This document shows positions 23,000 through 36,027 of a stretch of DNA of 38,818 nucleotides, in pieces (position 1 is the first letter of the stretch; every line of letters starts with the position of its first letter). This stretch comes from Nemertoderma westbladi (Eukaryota > Animalia > Xenacoelomorpha), in NCBI GenBank assembly GCA_032718475.1, contig JAUCBJ010001518.1:1-38818 (forward strand), in the 5' to 3' direction. The notes beneath the pieces were generated by a model, which made no database searches, had not been told where the DNA came from, and worked only from the letters and a program-made list of their open reading frames with translations. The position numbers were made by a program, and so were the translations under genes.

Positions 23000-24128
23000 T
23001 GTAAAAGCTTTTGCGGATATAACAGGTCATTTTTCTCCGCAATATACTGTGTAGGTGTTTTAGCGGACATAACAAGCCATTTTCTCCGCAATGTACTGTG
23101 TGGGTATTTTAGCGGACATAACAAGCCATTTTATGCCGCAATGCGCTAATACTCTAAATAGATTGTAGTTCAGATGACGAAATCTGTCAGCTGATTTACT
23201 GTCGATGTGGAACCTCTTTGTTCAGCTCGCTCAGCCCATCAGAGCGATTTTCATTTTATCTTGCACAGAGGCCTACGGAAAACCGCGCAATGCATTACGG
23301 TCTTTGTTTACCTTTCTGAGCGAGAACAACTGCTTGGAAATTCTTCTGTACTTCTGTGTTAGAAGTTTCAGACTTTGGCCAACATTAGACGGCTTTGATT
23401 ACAAGAACGTAAATCTATTATCAAACCAAAGTACGGTCACACATCTGACCTGAAACATTGCTGTATAATAAAACTGCATTATTTTACTGTCTGTTATTAA
23501 TTGTTATATGTTGATGGATATGTTGTTATATTTGGAGAATACCGATAAATAATCATAAAACCCCAATCTTCTTGATTACTGAAGGTAAGAGGGACCGGTT
23601 ACCAGTAGCAATCGCGACTTACATTACAGTGGTTTTAGTGTGCATTAAATGCTATTTCATAATCCCTACATGTGTCAGTTGCTATCCTCCTTAAATATGG
23701 TTAAATTCAGTGACGATCGGCAGATCAGTGTGCAGCAGTGTGACAGATAATAAAGCATCTCCTAAAGAATGCGCTATTTACGAAAATCAGTAGCCATCTC
23801 GTTGTGTTTAGTGTAAGTGATAACTCTGTTTTATACTTAAAGCGCCACGTCCTAAAGGAACTGTTAATATTTCCCCGAAAGTGAATAATATTGTCAGAGA
23901 TTATATAGTAACGATCAATCGAATAATACAGTAGGTCTGCAACGCAATAACTTCAAAGCACCCGAATCCAGTCTCCCTTAACTGTGGGTGAATGATCGCG
24001 CATAGACTGGCTTCGGCTAATGTTACTTCATGTGCACTAAATAATTGTTATAGGCTAAAGTCTATTTATAAACAAGAGGACACCTAAAATTGGCAGGTTA
24101 AACTGCTAAAGGTCTGAAAGCGCGAACA
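23000..24128 (+). repeat. 5' LTR (1129 bp)
   Basis: TGTAAAAG...GCGAACA. Near-identical to 37657-38805. Contains ~49-bp tandem repeats at the 5' end, AATAAA at ~23467 and a downstream GT-rich tract. Confidence 0.97.
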
Positions 24129-24139
24129 ATAATAGATTT
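24129..24139 (+). other. Candidate non-tRNA primer-binding site ATAATAGATTT
   Basis: Immediately follows the LTR-terminal CA, lacks TGG, and is the exact reverse complement of 23411-23421. Confidence 0.6.
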
Positions 24140-25662
24140 TTAGTTTCTTTATTGCACCGTAGGCAATAAAGTCGACTGTACCGGTCGGACGGTAACCTGT
24201 AGGCCTAACTACCTAACCACCCGTACCGGTACTTACCGGTACCAGTATTATTTCGATTGTGATATTGTATATTGGTAGGCTGTTTAAGAGATTAGGGACT
24301 GTACACCCCTTGTTTTTTTAGAGCTTATTTATTTCTGTCAGTTTTATTTATTTGTAAGTGTAATATTGAGCAGAAGGCGTGTAAGCCCGCTCAAATTGTA
24401 CAAATAATTTGTAGGCTGGATTGTTGTCTGACTGTTGTTGGGTCTGAAGAGATTGCAGTATGTGTAGAGTGTATGTCCGATAAAGTACTAGTTAGGAAGG
24501 TGGGGGGGGCATCCAGTGCTGTAAGGTAAATCTCCCCCGAAAGAATAAGTCGTACTACTCGGTTAGAACGCATACTAACTAACCATTTCGGAGTCTGCAT
24601 ATACTGTAGTTTATTTAGGCTTGCCAGTAGTCTGCCAGCATTTGGTCTGTATTTTGTTTGTGTAGTCTGCAAGGGTAGCGTAATATTTATTATTCAGAGT
24701 CTATGCAAGTATTCGCAACCTACATAACTCCCCAAGTTTATTCCTACAGTAATTGTGCTTGTTATACATACCGTTATAGTTAAATTAACCCCGGTACTAC
24801 ATCAGGGCTGCTTGGTGTAGGTAAAGACTGGTGATTTTATGCTCTAGTCACTCCAGCAGATACCGTGGTTCTTTTAGCTGTACAAGTATATTTAACTGCT
24901 GGTTATTTGTTGTATAAGTACTTGTACCTAATTTAGGGTTTAGTGTACAGTACTTTCCGAAGGTAATTAGTGTGTAGGCAGTATATTTGTGTTGTAAAGT
25001 GGTTAATAGGCACGTTAGCTCTGGTTGGCTGCGGTAATTAACTTCTAGGTAAGGACACTCCGGGTACATAACGTAGTACTTATAGAGCTGTAGAGCTAAA
25101 GACTATAAGTCGTCAGACGGTGGTATTTTCTTATCTAGACAACGCAATTTATTTACTACTGCTTAATTATTTTCAAATACCGTAGTATCCTGTCCGTTTG
25201 TAAGAACCAGAAATTCTAACCCCTTGTTAGATCGGTTTGTAAATTTCCTGCAAAATTACCCTAAAATTTGTACGTGTAACTTTTGTGTTTATTTAGAGAT
25301 TGTAATCTCACATAGTAACTGTACGTAAATTGTAGTGATAAGTAACTTAGTAAAGTAGAATTATTTGTTTTAGTGTCCAACAAGTATCACTCCACTGAGA
25401 GCGTTCAGCTTCTGTGTAGTGACTCCTCACCAGAAATAATAACATTTATTTCAACCATTGACGAAAACCCTTGTACGGGTATATATAAACATATTATAAA
25501 TCAACTCAAACCGATTTATAAAATAGTAGGCCTGTTATACATCAATTAGGTCTTAACATCAGTTGAGCTACTGCTTAATAACAGTAATAAAGTAAAGGAA
25601 AGTAACCCTAAAATTCAGAAATTCAGTTATTCTAAAATAATTGACATTAATTGATATAATTG

Positions 25663-26040
25663 ACCGGTATTTATAGTAGGCTTATTATATTTATTTCTAT
25701 AAATTAAGCTGAAATTATATACTGGTATTCTGTAATTAATTCTAGTCTATAATCATACTATATATACTATAAGTGTATGCTGTATACCGGTATTTATAGC
25801 AGGCTTATTATATTTATTTCTATAAATTAAGCTGAAATTATATACCGGTATTCTGTAATTAATTCTAGTCTATAATCATACTTATATATACTATAAGTGT
25901 ATGCTGTATACCGGTGTTTACGGTAGGCTTATTATATATATTTCTATATATTTATGCTTAAATTATATACCGGTATTCTGTGACTAATCAATCCTAGTCT
26001 GCAATAATACTTATATATATTATAAGTGTATACCGGTATC
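25663..26040. repeat. ~123-bp tandem repeat x3 in the BEL 5' leader
   Basis: ACCGGTATTTATAG.AGGCTTATTATAT...AAGTGTATGCTGTAT repeated; the third copy is more diverged. Confidence 0.9.
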
Positions 26041-26180
26041 CTAATATATTATATATATATATCGCGTTACATTGAGTAACGATATCGGTAATTAATTACT
26101 AGGCTTACAGTTGATACTGAATTACTAGACTTGCTTTAACTGTCGTTATAGTAGTAGGCATTCAACTGTACAATTAAACA

Positions 26181-29100
26181 ATGGCTGACACAAAGCAAAC
26201 TCTGTCAGATAGTCTCCTAGAAAGAACAGTATGCTACCGAACATTTGAGACCAAAGTTCAAGTCCCCTCCTACTGTAAGAAAAGTCATCCCTCCAGTAGT
26301 AGTATCAGACCCTAGGCTAGTAAAGCACCGTAGGTCTATCATAGGCACTCGGGCTCAAGTCAAGCGGGACCAAGAGGCAGCTGTTAAACAGCAGCAACAT
26401 CCGAACTGAGAACTTATTTCTCAGCGGCCCGATAGCTCCGGTAGTTCAGATACTGTAGAGTTGACACCCGAGCGCGGAGCAAAGATGGCAGAAGCAGTTT
26501 ATTCGGATCCACTTCTCATACTTCCTGAAGCCGTACTCACTAGGGTATTGATTGCGGTGGAGGAACATCAAGTCGATTGGGCGAGAAGTAAGCAATCGAC
26601 CAAGGACAGTTATGTGGGATACACGATGGAGGAACTGAAGTCTATTGTCGAGACGCAATGGAACTTCCCCGGACCCGGATTCCCGTTTAACTTATCGGAA
26701 GCTGCCTGGGAGGACTTATACAGGATGGGAGTGGTAAAGGACACTAGAGATCCAGCTGTGTGGAAGAGGTCGGCAGCAGGATATGTACAGGGATTCTTCA
26801 GCTCTTTGGAGCGATTAGAGGAACAACTGTTTCAACAACCCCAAGGACCTCAAGAGCAGGGAGAGCTGCTTTATCAAGTTCGAGAACGAATCCTAAGAAT
26901 CAGACTAATCCTTTCGGCCTTTGAGGAAGCCTCGAAGAGAAGCCAAGACACGTCGTTGCAAGTTACCGTAAAGACTTGGTTCCAACGGGTGAGTCTTAAA
27001 GTCCAAGGAACATCCCAATGGAAAATTCAGCTAACTGAGTGCTCAACCCACGGAGAATCAACAGACGCTACCTTTTCTCAAGTGGAAAGCGAAGCGACAT
27101 TGGAGAAACCTCAGAAGAAGGACGCTATTGACATCTATCTGTCGGACTATCAACGATTTATAGGTGACAAAGAGTTGAGGAGACAGCTAGCTGGACTTCA
27201 CCCTACTAGTGAAGGAGCCAAGTTTGTGTTGGACTCATTAGATGCGGAAATGTTAGCCGCGGACACGAGCTAAATTTGATGAAAGCATCCGCATCGCTAG
27301 GGTCCAAGAAGAACAGTTGAAGAAAAAACGAATAGAAGACAGAAAGACAGCCGCAGCGGCAGCGGCAGAAGTTGAAAGAAAAGCGGCAGCTGCAGTGGCA
27401 GCGGCAGCTGCAGTGGCAGAGGCTGAAAGAAAAGCGGCAGCTGCAGAAGTTGAAAGAAAAGCGGCAGTGGCAGCGGCAGAGGCAGAGGCTGAAAGAAAAG
27501 CGGCAGCGGCAGAGGCAGAGGCTGAAAGAAAGGTAGCAGCGGCAGAAGCGGAAAGAAAAGTGGCAGAGACAGTGGTAGAAGCAGAATGGAGGGCATCTGA
27601 AGAGACAACCCAACTAGAGTTGGAAAATCTTCAAGAGAAGCAAGACTACATAGATAAACAGAGAACAGCTAGTCAGATGCAGATGATAAGTCGATCTACT
27701 CCCAAGAGGCAGGGATTTACATCATCTGATGAAGGCGATACAACAGATCCTGAAGGCGGAGGAAATAGATCTCGTTCCAGCAGGCGTAGAAGAACGCCCC
27801 ACCGTCAGAAATTGCCTAATTTGCCCCCAGCTGTGAGAAGGCAACTAGCTAGTGTAGACTTAGGTAGTCCAGAACCCACAGACCAAATTATTAGAGTAGA
27901 AAGACTCCCTACTATAGTAGATGAGCCTGAAATAATTGGGCCTGTGCTCGAAGCCACCCCTTCTGTGATAGAGACACCTGTACTTCCAGAACCTAACTCT
28001 AAATTCCCTTTGCACAGTACTAAACTACCTGTGCCCAGTAGAATAGCACCAGAATCAGTCCCAGTCTTGGACGCCGAGCGAGACATCAACGATTTATCGC
28101 CCGTCATCCCTCGTTTACCCGCTACTATGTTGGCGGCTCCCGCTTCGGCGGTCGAGTGGGTGGATGAGGGACGGCGGGGGATGGATCTCCTGCTCGGACA
28201 ATTGGAGGAACAGCGCTTGCGTTCCTCCCAGCAGGTCCGAGAGATGGAAGGGACTGTTCAACTGTTAAAGGGAACAGTAAGAGAAGGTAGGTTAGAGTTG
28301 CAAGAAGTGCAGCAGAGTATCGCGTTAGAACGCGATAAACTAGTAAATATACAAAGGGGTATACCACCACCCCCTGTAACAATGTGTCAACCTGTTAGGT
28401 GTGAAGTATTTCATGCGCAAGGTGTGGAGCCTACATGCATCTATACTGCTAGTGAAGTAGAAACTCCTATAGTAAACCCTATTAAGGGTAATTATAAACC
28501 TGTTGATAATGATATTCCATATAGAACTGATCATAATCCTCGAAATTTATATACCGATAACTCGATATTAAATAATACGATGGCCCAAGAAAGTTTTACG
28601 CGTCAAATGGCTAGAACCGAAGCCCGTCAAGCGGTAAAGGTGGGAGAGATCATCAAGTTCAACGGAGATGAGATGAAATGGTTACCTTTTAATGAATACT
28701 ATAAAGATAACATACAGAACTCTGTGCTATCTAACGGAGAGAAACTTAGATTCCTCATCGAGTGCTTGGCAGGATCTCCCAAGTTAATGGCATTAAAGTT
28801 TATTGGTCATCCAGATGGATTAAGACAAGTTTGGGATACACTAAACATCAGGTATGGTAATAGGACTAACATAGCTAGGTATTTGTATGCGAAATTGGTA
28901 GCGCCCCGAAAGTTTCTTAGCAGCGGGATTATAGAATTTTCCGATGAGATCCAAGAGATCTGTAGACAATTAGATTGGCTAGGTAAGTCTCATGAATATC
29001 AGAGTTCTATGGTTATTGGAGCTGTAGCATCTACCTTGCCAAAGGGTGGAGTGGGTACTCGTTGGGACAAAAGAGTTCTATATATGATGGAACAACAACA

Positions 29101-29706
29101 AAGAGACCCTACCATGGCTGATCTCATGTCATTCTTAAATGGAGAGGTAAAATTACAGCTCCTAAAGCAGTCCCGAGAGAAGACACCGGAAAATAAGGTG
29201 AGTGAAAAACCCGTTTCTAGGAGAAAGGTAACACCAGTGTGTTATACAGACGACGGCGAAAGCCAAACCTCTCAAGAGGAGAACAGCGGGAAAGACACCG
29301 AAAGATCTTACTATGTCAACAAAGCACCTAAAGACGTAAGTAAATTAAGTCTCGAACCAGTGATAGGAGAGAACAGGTAACAAAAACTCCTCCTACGTCT
29401 CCTAAGAGAATTCATGGAAGAAAGCCCGAGGAAAGAACGAGTGTGCACAACACTACCCAAGGTAAAGTAAGTAACATCAAACCAAAATGTGCATTGTGCG
29501 ATGGGCCCCATCGTTTAAGTGTGTGTGATGAATTCTTAAAGAAATCCTTAAAGGATAGACGCGAAGTCATGTGGGATAAGCGGTTGTGTTATAATTGTCT
29601 CAGACAAGGACACCAACGGCGAACCTGTTACTCCGACGCGAGGTGTGCTAAGTGCGGCGCGAAACATCATATCTTGCTGCACACCAATTTGAAAGAAACA
29701 GCCTGA
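26181..29706 (+). pseudogene. BEL gag, broken into several frames, with long N-terminal extension
   Basis: Possible start AAACAATGG at 26181; ORF pieces 26461-27273, 27317-29380 and 29443-29706. BEL capsid-like region KFNGDEMKWLPF..EKLRFL..L.IRYG. Three knuckles CALCDGPHRLSVC, CYNCLRQGHQRRTC and CAKCGAKHHILLH. Confidence 0.9.
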
Positions 29707-32471
29707 GTCAGGTAAGTGAGTCCGAACTACATGTCCAATTCAGTGATGTGAACGACACTGACCACAGCTCTGAGATGGAAGGATTTTACACAGACGAATT
29801 CTCCGACGAAAACGAATCCTGTTATCTGATAAACACCGCGGTGTACCGAGCGCTTACGTATGAGACTGAAACCGATAACGAAGCGCACCCGGTTATTCCT
29901 GACCGACAACCATCTTGGAAAGCGCCAACTTCCAACATCGGAATCCGGGAATTCCCCGTAGTTCAGCTAAGAGTCCATGGATCAAGTAAGAGTTTTGTCA
30001 ACGCCCTCCTGGACTCCGGCAGCACAGGAACATTCATCGACAAAGAACTAGCCGAAGACATCTTTGCAGGACAACCCAAGTTCCGAACTAAGTTGAACCT
30101 TTCAGGAATTATGCAGGTTTGGAAATCTACAGTAGCTACAGACTACTATGTAGGTGCGTTGTCCACTCCCCAGGACAAACTAGGAGAACACAGCATAAGG
30201 TCAGTAAAAATGGTGGCGATAAAGAACTTTGCTACCAGCCAAGTAGAACCTTACAACTGGGATGAAGACGATTTTACCCAGCAACATAATATCCCTAGAT
30301 TCAACACCGACTACCCAGGGGTGCAAATATTGATCGGCCAAAATGCGCATGAGGCGCTTGAGACATTAGAGAAACGACCTGCTCGACCGCAACCATTGCA
30401 AACCTATGCGGGAAGAACTAGAGTAGGTTGGTACTTCACTGGACCTTCCCGTAGAACGCTCATGGAAAGATTACCCACTGAACAAATACATCAGGTGAGT
30501 GAATGGGAAGAAGAAATCAGTGAGGGAGAGATCACACCTGAGGCAACACCATACTCCTCAGATAACGACGATATTACCCAACTATTTGATGAGGAAAATA
30601 CAATCGACCTCCTCACTGAAAGTGAAGCTTGGAGAAACCAAGTGCACCTTTGCCATCTCATCCATCATGGCGGACAACTCGACAACAACGATGAGCTAAA
30701 TGAGGTGATAGATCGACACAACGCTAAGATTCGCGACGAACACGCCGTACGATTCTTTACTGAAGAAGCTGTAGAGCCTAATTCCTACGACAAAGCACTA
30801 TTGGTCGAGGAGGAAAGAGCCAAGCAGATCCAGGAAACGACTACATGTTTCCTTAGAGATCAAGGTATGTATGAGATTGGTCTGCCATTCCGAAGGCGAG
30901 AACCCAACTTTATAAATAACCGACCCTTGGTGGAGAAAAGAATCGCGCAACTACATCGGCGCCTTATGGCAAATGCTTCAGCTAAAGAGATGTACAAGAC
31001 CCAGCTGAAGAAATTCATCGATAAGGGATATGCGGAGCGAGTACCGGAAGAAACACCCATAACTGAGAGAACGTATTATCTAACCCATCATTACGTTCCC
31101 AAACCCGGTAAACCCAACGAAGTCCGGGTAGTATTTGACGGCTCCGCCCTTTACATGGGCCAATCCCTTAACTCTGAGTTGTTGCCGGGACCCAACTTAC
31201 TCCAATCCTTGTTGGGAATACTCTTAAGATTACGGCAATATTCGATCGCCTTCACCTCAGATATAGAAGGCATGTTCTTACAAGTTAAGGCGCTGGATAG
31301 GGATCGAGACAGCCTATGATTTCTGTGGTGGCCTGAAGGAGACCTCAACCAAAAACCGGTGGAGTACTGGATGACCATCCAGGCTTTCGGGATCATCTCG
31401 AGCCCCTCGAACGCCTGTTCAGTAGTGCGCACCACTGCTGATGACAACCGAGACGCCTTCTCTAAAGCGGTTATCGACAACATCAAACGGGATATATACA
31501 TGGACGATAATTTAAAGTCCCTCCCATCGGTGGAAGAAGCCATTGATGTTGCCAAGGGAACGGTAGAGTGTTTGAAATGCGGTGGATTTCGACTAACTAA
31601 ATTCACAAGTAACTCCCGTGAGTTTCTGGAATCGATCACGGTAGAAGACCGAGGAGTTAAAGACCTGGACCTAATCAAGGACGATCTTCCAGAAACCAAG
31701 ACGCTTGGTTTGAAATGGGACACAGAGAGAGATATCCAGTTTTTCCAGTTAAAACAGCGAGATAATCCAGTTCGAACTAAACGGATTTGTCTAAGTATCC
31801 TGAGCACTTATTTCGATCCATTGGGATTTATTAGCCCAGTTATATTGGTTGCTCGGAGCTTAGTGCAACAAATGTGGCTTGAAAACCACTCGTGGGACGA
31901 TCCACTTAAGGGAGAACTACTAAAGAAGTGGATGAAATGGGAAGATTCTCTACCATCCATGGAGAACTTTACGATTTCCCGTTCATATTTTGGTCATGTT
32001 CTCCCCACGTATTCCTATCAACTCCATGTGTTTGGAGACGCCAGCGATATGGGAATAGGTATAGTAGCCTACCTGAGGGTTGAAACTCCGGATGGAATTA
32101 AAGTTGCCTTGGTTACTTCTAAGGCCTTGATAAACAACAAGCTACGAGTTCCTCGAGCGGAGTTAAAGGCAGCTCTATACGCTACAGCCATCGGCCGGAA
32201 TGTCACAAAACAGATCGACTATCCACTGGAGAAAACTGTCTATTGGACTGATGCTTTACTCGTTTTGGAGTATATAACCAATGAAGTCTGTCAGTTCAGC
32301 GTCTTCGTTACCAATAGAGTAGCCATTATACTTAGTCGCACTAGTGTAGATCAATGGAGACATTGCCCTGGGACGATTAATCCAGCCGACATCGCCTCCA
32401 GAGGAGCAACTCCTCAAGAACTGATAGATACTCCGGACTGGTTAGGTGGACCCGACTTCCTAAGTAAATAG
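29700..32471 (+). pseudogene. BEL pol: aspartic protease, reverse transcriptase, RNase H (in-frame stop at 31317-31319)
   Basis: ALLDSGSTGTFI; YLTHH..VRVVFDGS; SDIEGMFLQV; SL*FLWW (likely CGA>TGA); YMDD; FDPLGF; LHVFGDAS; PRAELKAA; YWTD; NPADIASRG. Confidence 0.95.
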
Positions 32472-33176
32472 ATGAATGGCCTCCTCATCTCACCACGGCT
32501 GAGATTAGACAAGCCAAGGGAGTGGAGAAAGTCAAACCCAAAACCCGGACGAGTAAATCGAAGTTATTTAAACCCATGATAGATCTGTCTGTACTACACA
32601 TTTCCGGAGACGACCTGAATCTAAACTGTGGATCTAAACTCCCCCGCCACAAATAAGTCTGTTGTGGAAATCAGAGAGAGAGACTGGAAATCTGGAACAC
32701 CAGACGTCTCGCAGGGACTCTCACCTCTCCTGCAGAGAGCGATACATCACTATAGCTCCTGGAATCGGCTTTGTAAGGCCGTCGTATATTTAAAGCGATG
32801 CTTTCATCATCACAACTCCAGGACGAAGATCGCTAGTGATACCGCTCCACTGACATCTGCGAGGTCCATGCTATTAAAGATCTTCCCAAATATAAAATAT
32901 CAGATAGGTTTCTGACGGAGAAGATCAGTTACCAGGAGCATGAAGAAACCAATAAGCAGATACTGAGACTCCTGCAATGCTATGAAGATACCGATAAGTA
33001 TTTCCTGTTGTTGAGAAATCCACAGATGCGCTTAAGGGATCGTTTCTCTAGCACAATGATAGATGGGTTAATACGCGTTGGAGGGAGACTAACTAATGCT
33101 CCATTATCCTTTGACACTAAGTTTCCCATACTCATTAGAAATCTTGAAATACAAATCAAGATGATTTGTAGATGTT

Positions 33177-34332
33177 CACAGTAAGCTTTACCATGCTGGT
33201 AGAGAACGAGTTCTTAGCGAAATTCGAACTTGCTATTATTTTCATAAACCCCGTAGAGTTCTGAACCAAGTTCTTAGGAACTGTATACCCTGTAGGAAAG
33301 CATTCAGTAGGCATTTAACACAGCGAGAGGCAGAATTACCTAGGGAACGAGTAAGCTTCTATGAACCACCCTTTACTAATACCGGTGTGGATTTATTTGG
33401 CCCTATTGAAGTATATCGTGCCAGGACTATAGTCAAGCAATGGTGTGTCATCTTTGTCTGTATGACTTGTAGAGCGATCCATCTAGATATGGTGAACGAT
33501 CTATCTACCAACAGCTTCATACTGAGTTTACGCCGACAGATCGCTCGTTTTGGCACTAGCAACACGATGAGATCTGATAAGGGAACAAACTTCACTGGCG
33601 CCAATAATGAGATCAAGGCTTACGTTAGAGATTGGAACCAAAGACAGGTGGACGATCAGCTAAGGGTAACAACATCTAGCTGGACATTCAACGCCGCCGA
33701 CGCCCCTTGGTGGGGAGGAAGTTGGGAGAGATTAATAAGAAGCGTGAAGACCGCATTTCACTTTATAGTGCCGTGCCACGCGTATCTCACCGACGAACTT
33801 TTGCGGACATTAATGGAAGAAATCGCCGCCTATCTTAACGAAAGACCGCTTATGCCAGTCTCATTGAGTCCCGACTCCCTGGAAGCGCTAACACCCGCAC
33901 ACTTCCTACTGAAGAAACCTGTAGCCATGCTCCCACGATCGGAAATCACGGACGGAGACGAATACTGCCGACGAATATCTGCCTATGCTACAACTTCGAA
34001 CCAAGTGGTTTGCGCAGCAAGAAAACATCAGCACCAGAGACATGGTCCTTATTGTGGAATCAGATCTTCCACGTAAGCGGTGGCAGACAGGTCGTATCAT
34101 CGAGACTCATATCTCCGATAATGGTTTAGTGCGATCGGTAGAACTCATCGTCATGCGACATAACTTTAAGAAACCTGGAATTGTATTCGAGACGCAGCAG
34201 CTCAATCGCCCAGTTGGTCGTTTATGTTTACTGGAAAGAGACAGAGAACTATCCGGAAACTATGGAAGGCAAGATACTCTTCCCACGACCACCTCCCTAA
34301 TCCAACAAACATCTAGGGACTCCCCAACGTAA
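33177..34332 (+). pseudogene. BEL integrase (frameshift near 33980)
   Basis: Zn finger HSKLYHAG...CIPCR in frame with DLFGP, SDKGTNF and GGSWERLI. C-terminal WQTGRII..GLVRSV..RPVGRLCLL lies in a shifted frame. Confidence 0.95.
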
Positions 34333-34831
34333 CAGCGTCTGGAGTGGGTGTGTGACTATATTATTTTATATTTGTTTTTATTATTTTTATATTTAGGTAT
34401 GTATTATTATATAATTTTATAATAATCGTTTTCTTTAATTTTTATTTAGTAGAATTAGTGCCATATATATTCGCGTTTATTACTTAATTACTTATATTAT
34501 ATATTTAGTGTAACGGCGAGAAATAATTATTTTCTCTTTCCTTACTGTCCGTATCATATTATAAATACGTGACTACAGTAAGATGAAATGTCCGTACTTA
34601 TTAAAGAACAATAAAGCTCCTACTATACTCAAGTATTATTGGTAAGCAGAGTATTAGGAATGCAAAGTTCAGATCCTCGTGTCTCGGCTAAACCAAGCTC
34701 TGGGTAGACCTTGGAAACAACTTGCCTCTTCTCACTGACATTGCTTCTTGCAATATTGCTCTCATTCCGTATATTAAATAATACATATAGTAGCGTGATG
34801 TCCCTTTAACAGTAGCGTAAAACGCAAAATA

Positions 34832-35235
34832 AATCTGTTAAACCCTTTGACCATCTGTAATTCTAGTCGATTAAGATATCGCGGCACCCACCGATATACT
34901 TGAAAGACAAAATTCTAGAATCAGTGGTTAACGTCCCCAGACATGTTCTGGAATTAATCGGTGCCCATCTTAAATATTACATAGTTAATATTTATAAAAA
35001 TCTATTAAAACAAATGTTATAATAGAGTAAATGCATACAAATAAACTCTAAGGAGTTTGTAAACCAAGAAAATTTATAAATCAAAATCTGTTAAAATTTA
35101 GATCCTTTAAAATTCTAGTCGATTAAGATATCGTAGCACTTACCGATACTCTTAAAAAGACAAATTTCCTGGAATCAAGGATCCCAGTCCCCAGACATGC
35201 TCTGGAATAAAATTGTGTCTATTTTAATATTAAAT
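34832..35235. repeat. Degenerate ~145-bp direct repeat, ~250-bp period, in the BEL 3' region
   Basis: AATCTGTTAAA..AATTCTAGTCGATTAAGATATCG..GTCCCCAGACATG.TCTGGAAT occurs twice. Confidence 0.85.
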
Positions 35236-36027
35236 AATAAAATTTACGGGAATAAATTTAAATTCATATCCTTATATGAATTTGATAAATTGTCATTTTA
35301 TACAATTTATAATATTCCCAAAATTCCATTAATTAATAGATCATGGGAGCGGAGATTCACCCTATTAAGTATATTATTGTGCGAGAATCTCCAATATATA
35401 GTCAATAGCCGATAAAATTCATAAAATCATGTATAAGGGGGAATATTGACAATTAAAGAATTACTATTAAATAGCATCCCAGATCTGTATGCATGAGAAT
35501 TACCCTAATTCTACTGCTAGCTCTCCATAATGTCACCATAGCAACAACCACGCTAGAATTAGAAGCGAGTTAAAAGAACAATAGAAAGCTTGCCCCATTG
35601 AATAGCATAAGGAATAAATAGTGCACTGCTAGTATCAAAGGATACATAATAATAACGTGGCATTCTGGAAGGCACTTGACTAACGGACAAATGGCCCGAA
35701 TGTGTACAATTTGTGACAGTTGTGTGGAATTTGTGCGTTTATAGGTGAATGTTACTACTAAAGTGTGTTTACAGTCGCAGTTGTGAAAGTAGCCCTACCT
35801 CTGCAGTAAGAACCTGAAGTAAATCTAAGCCCTTGGGACGGACAGTGGAGTGACTCGCGCTGGTTGTTGTTGTCGTTGTGTAGCTACTACATTGGCGATA
35901 GACACAGCGGCGACAGTACATCAGCGCTGAGGACCTTGCGCTGTCCGGGGGCATTGAGGGGGAGGCAGCAACGACCGCTAGCCTAAATTATAATTAATTA
36001 TAATATCGATAAACTCATATAGCAGCT

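Noticed and set aside
22882-23453. Small ORFs in the LTRs (also 37575-38420)
   Set aside because: They appear twice only because the LTRs are duplicated, some cross the LTR boundary, and none has a recognisable motif.
29380-29710. Programmed gag-pol frameshift
   Set aside because: BEL elements usually have a single gag-pol ORF, and this copy has many scattered breaks, so decay is the simpler explanation.
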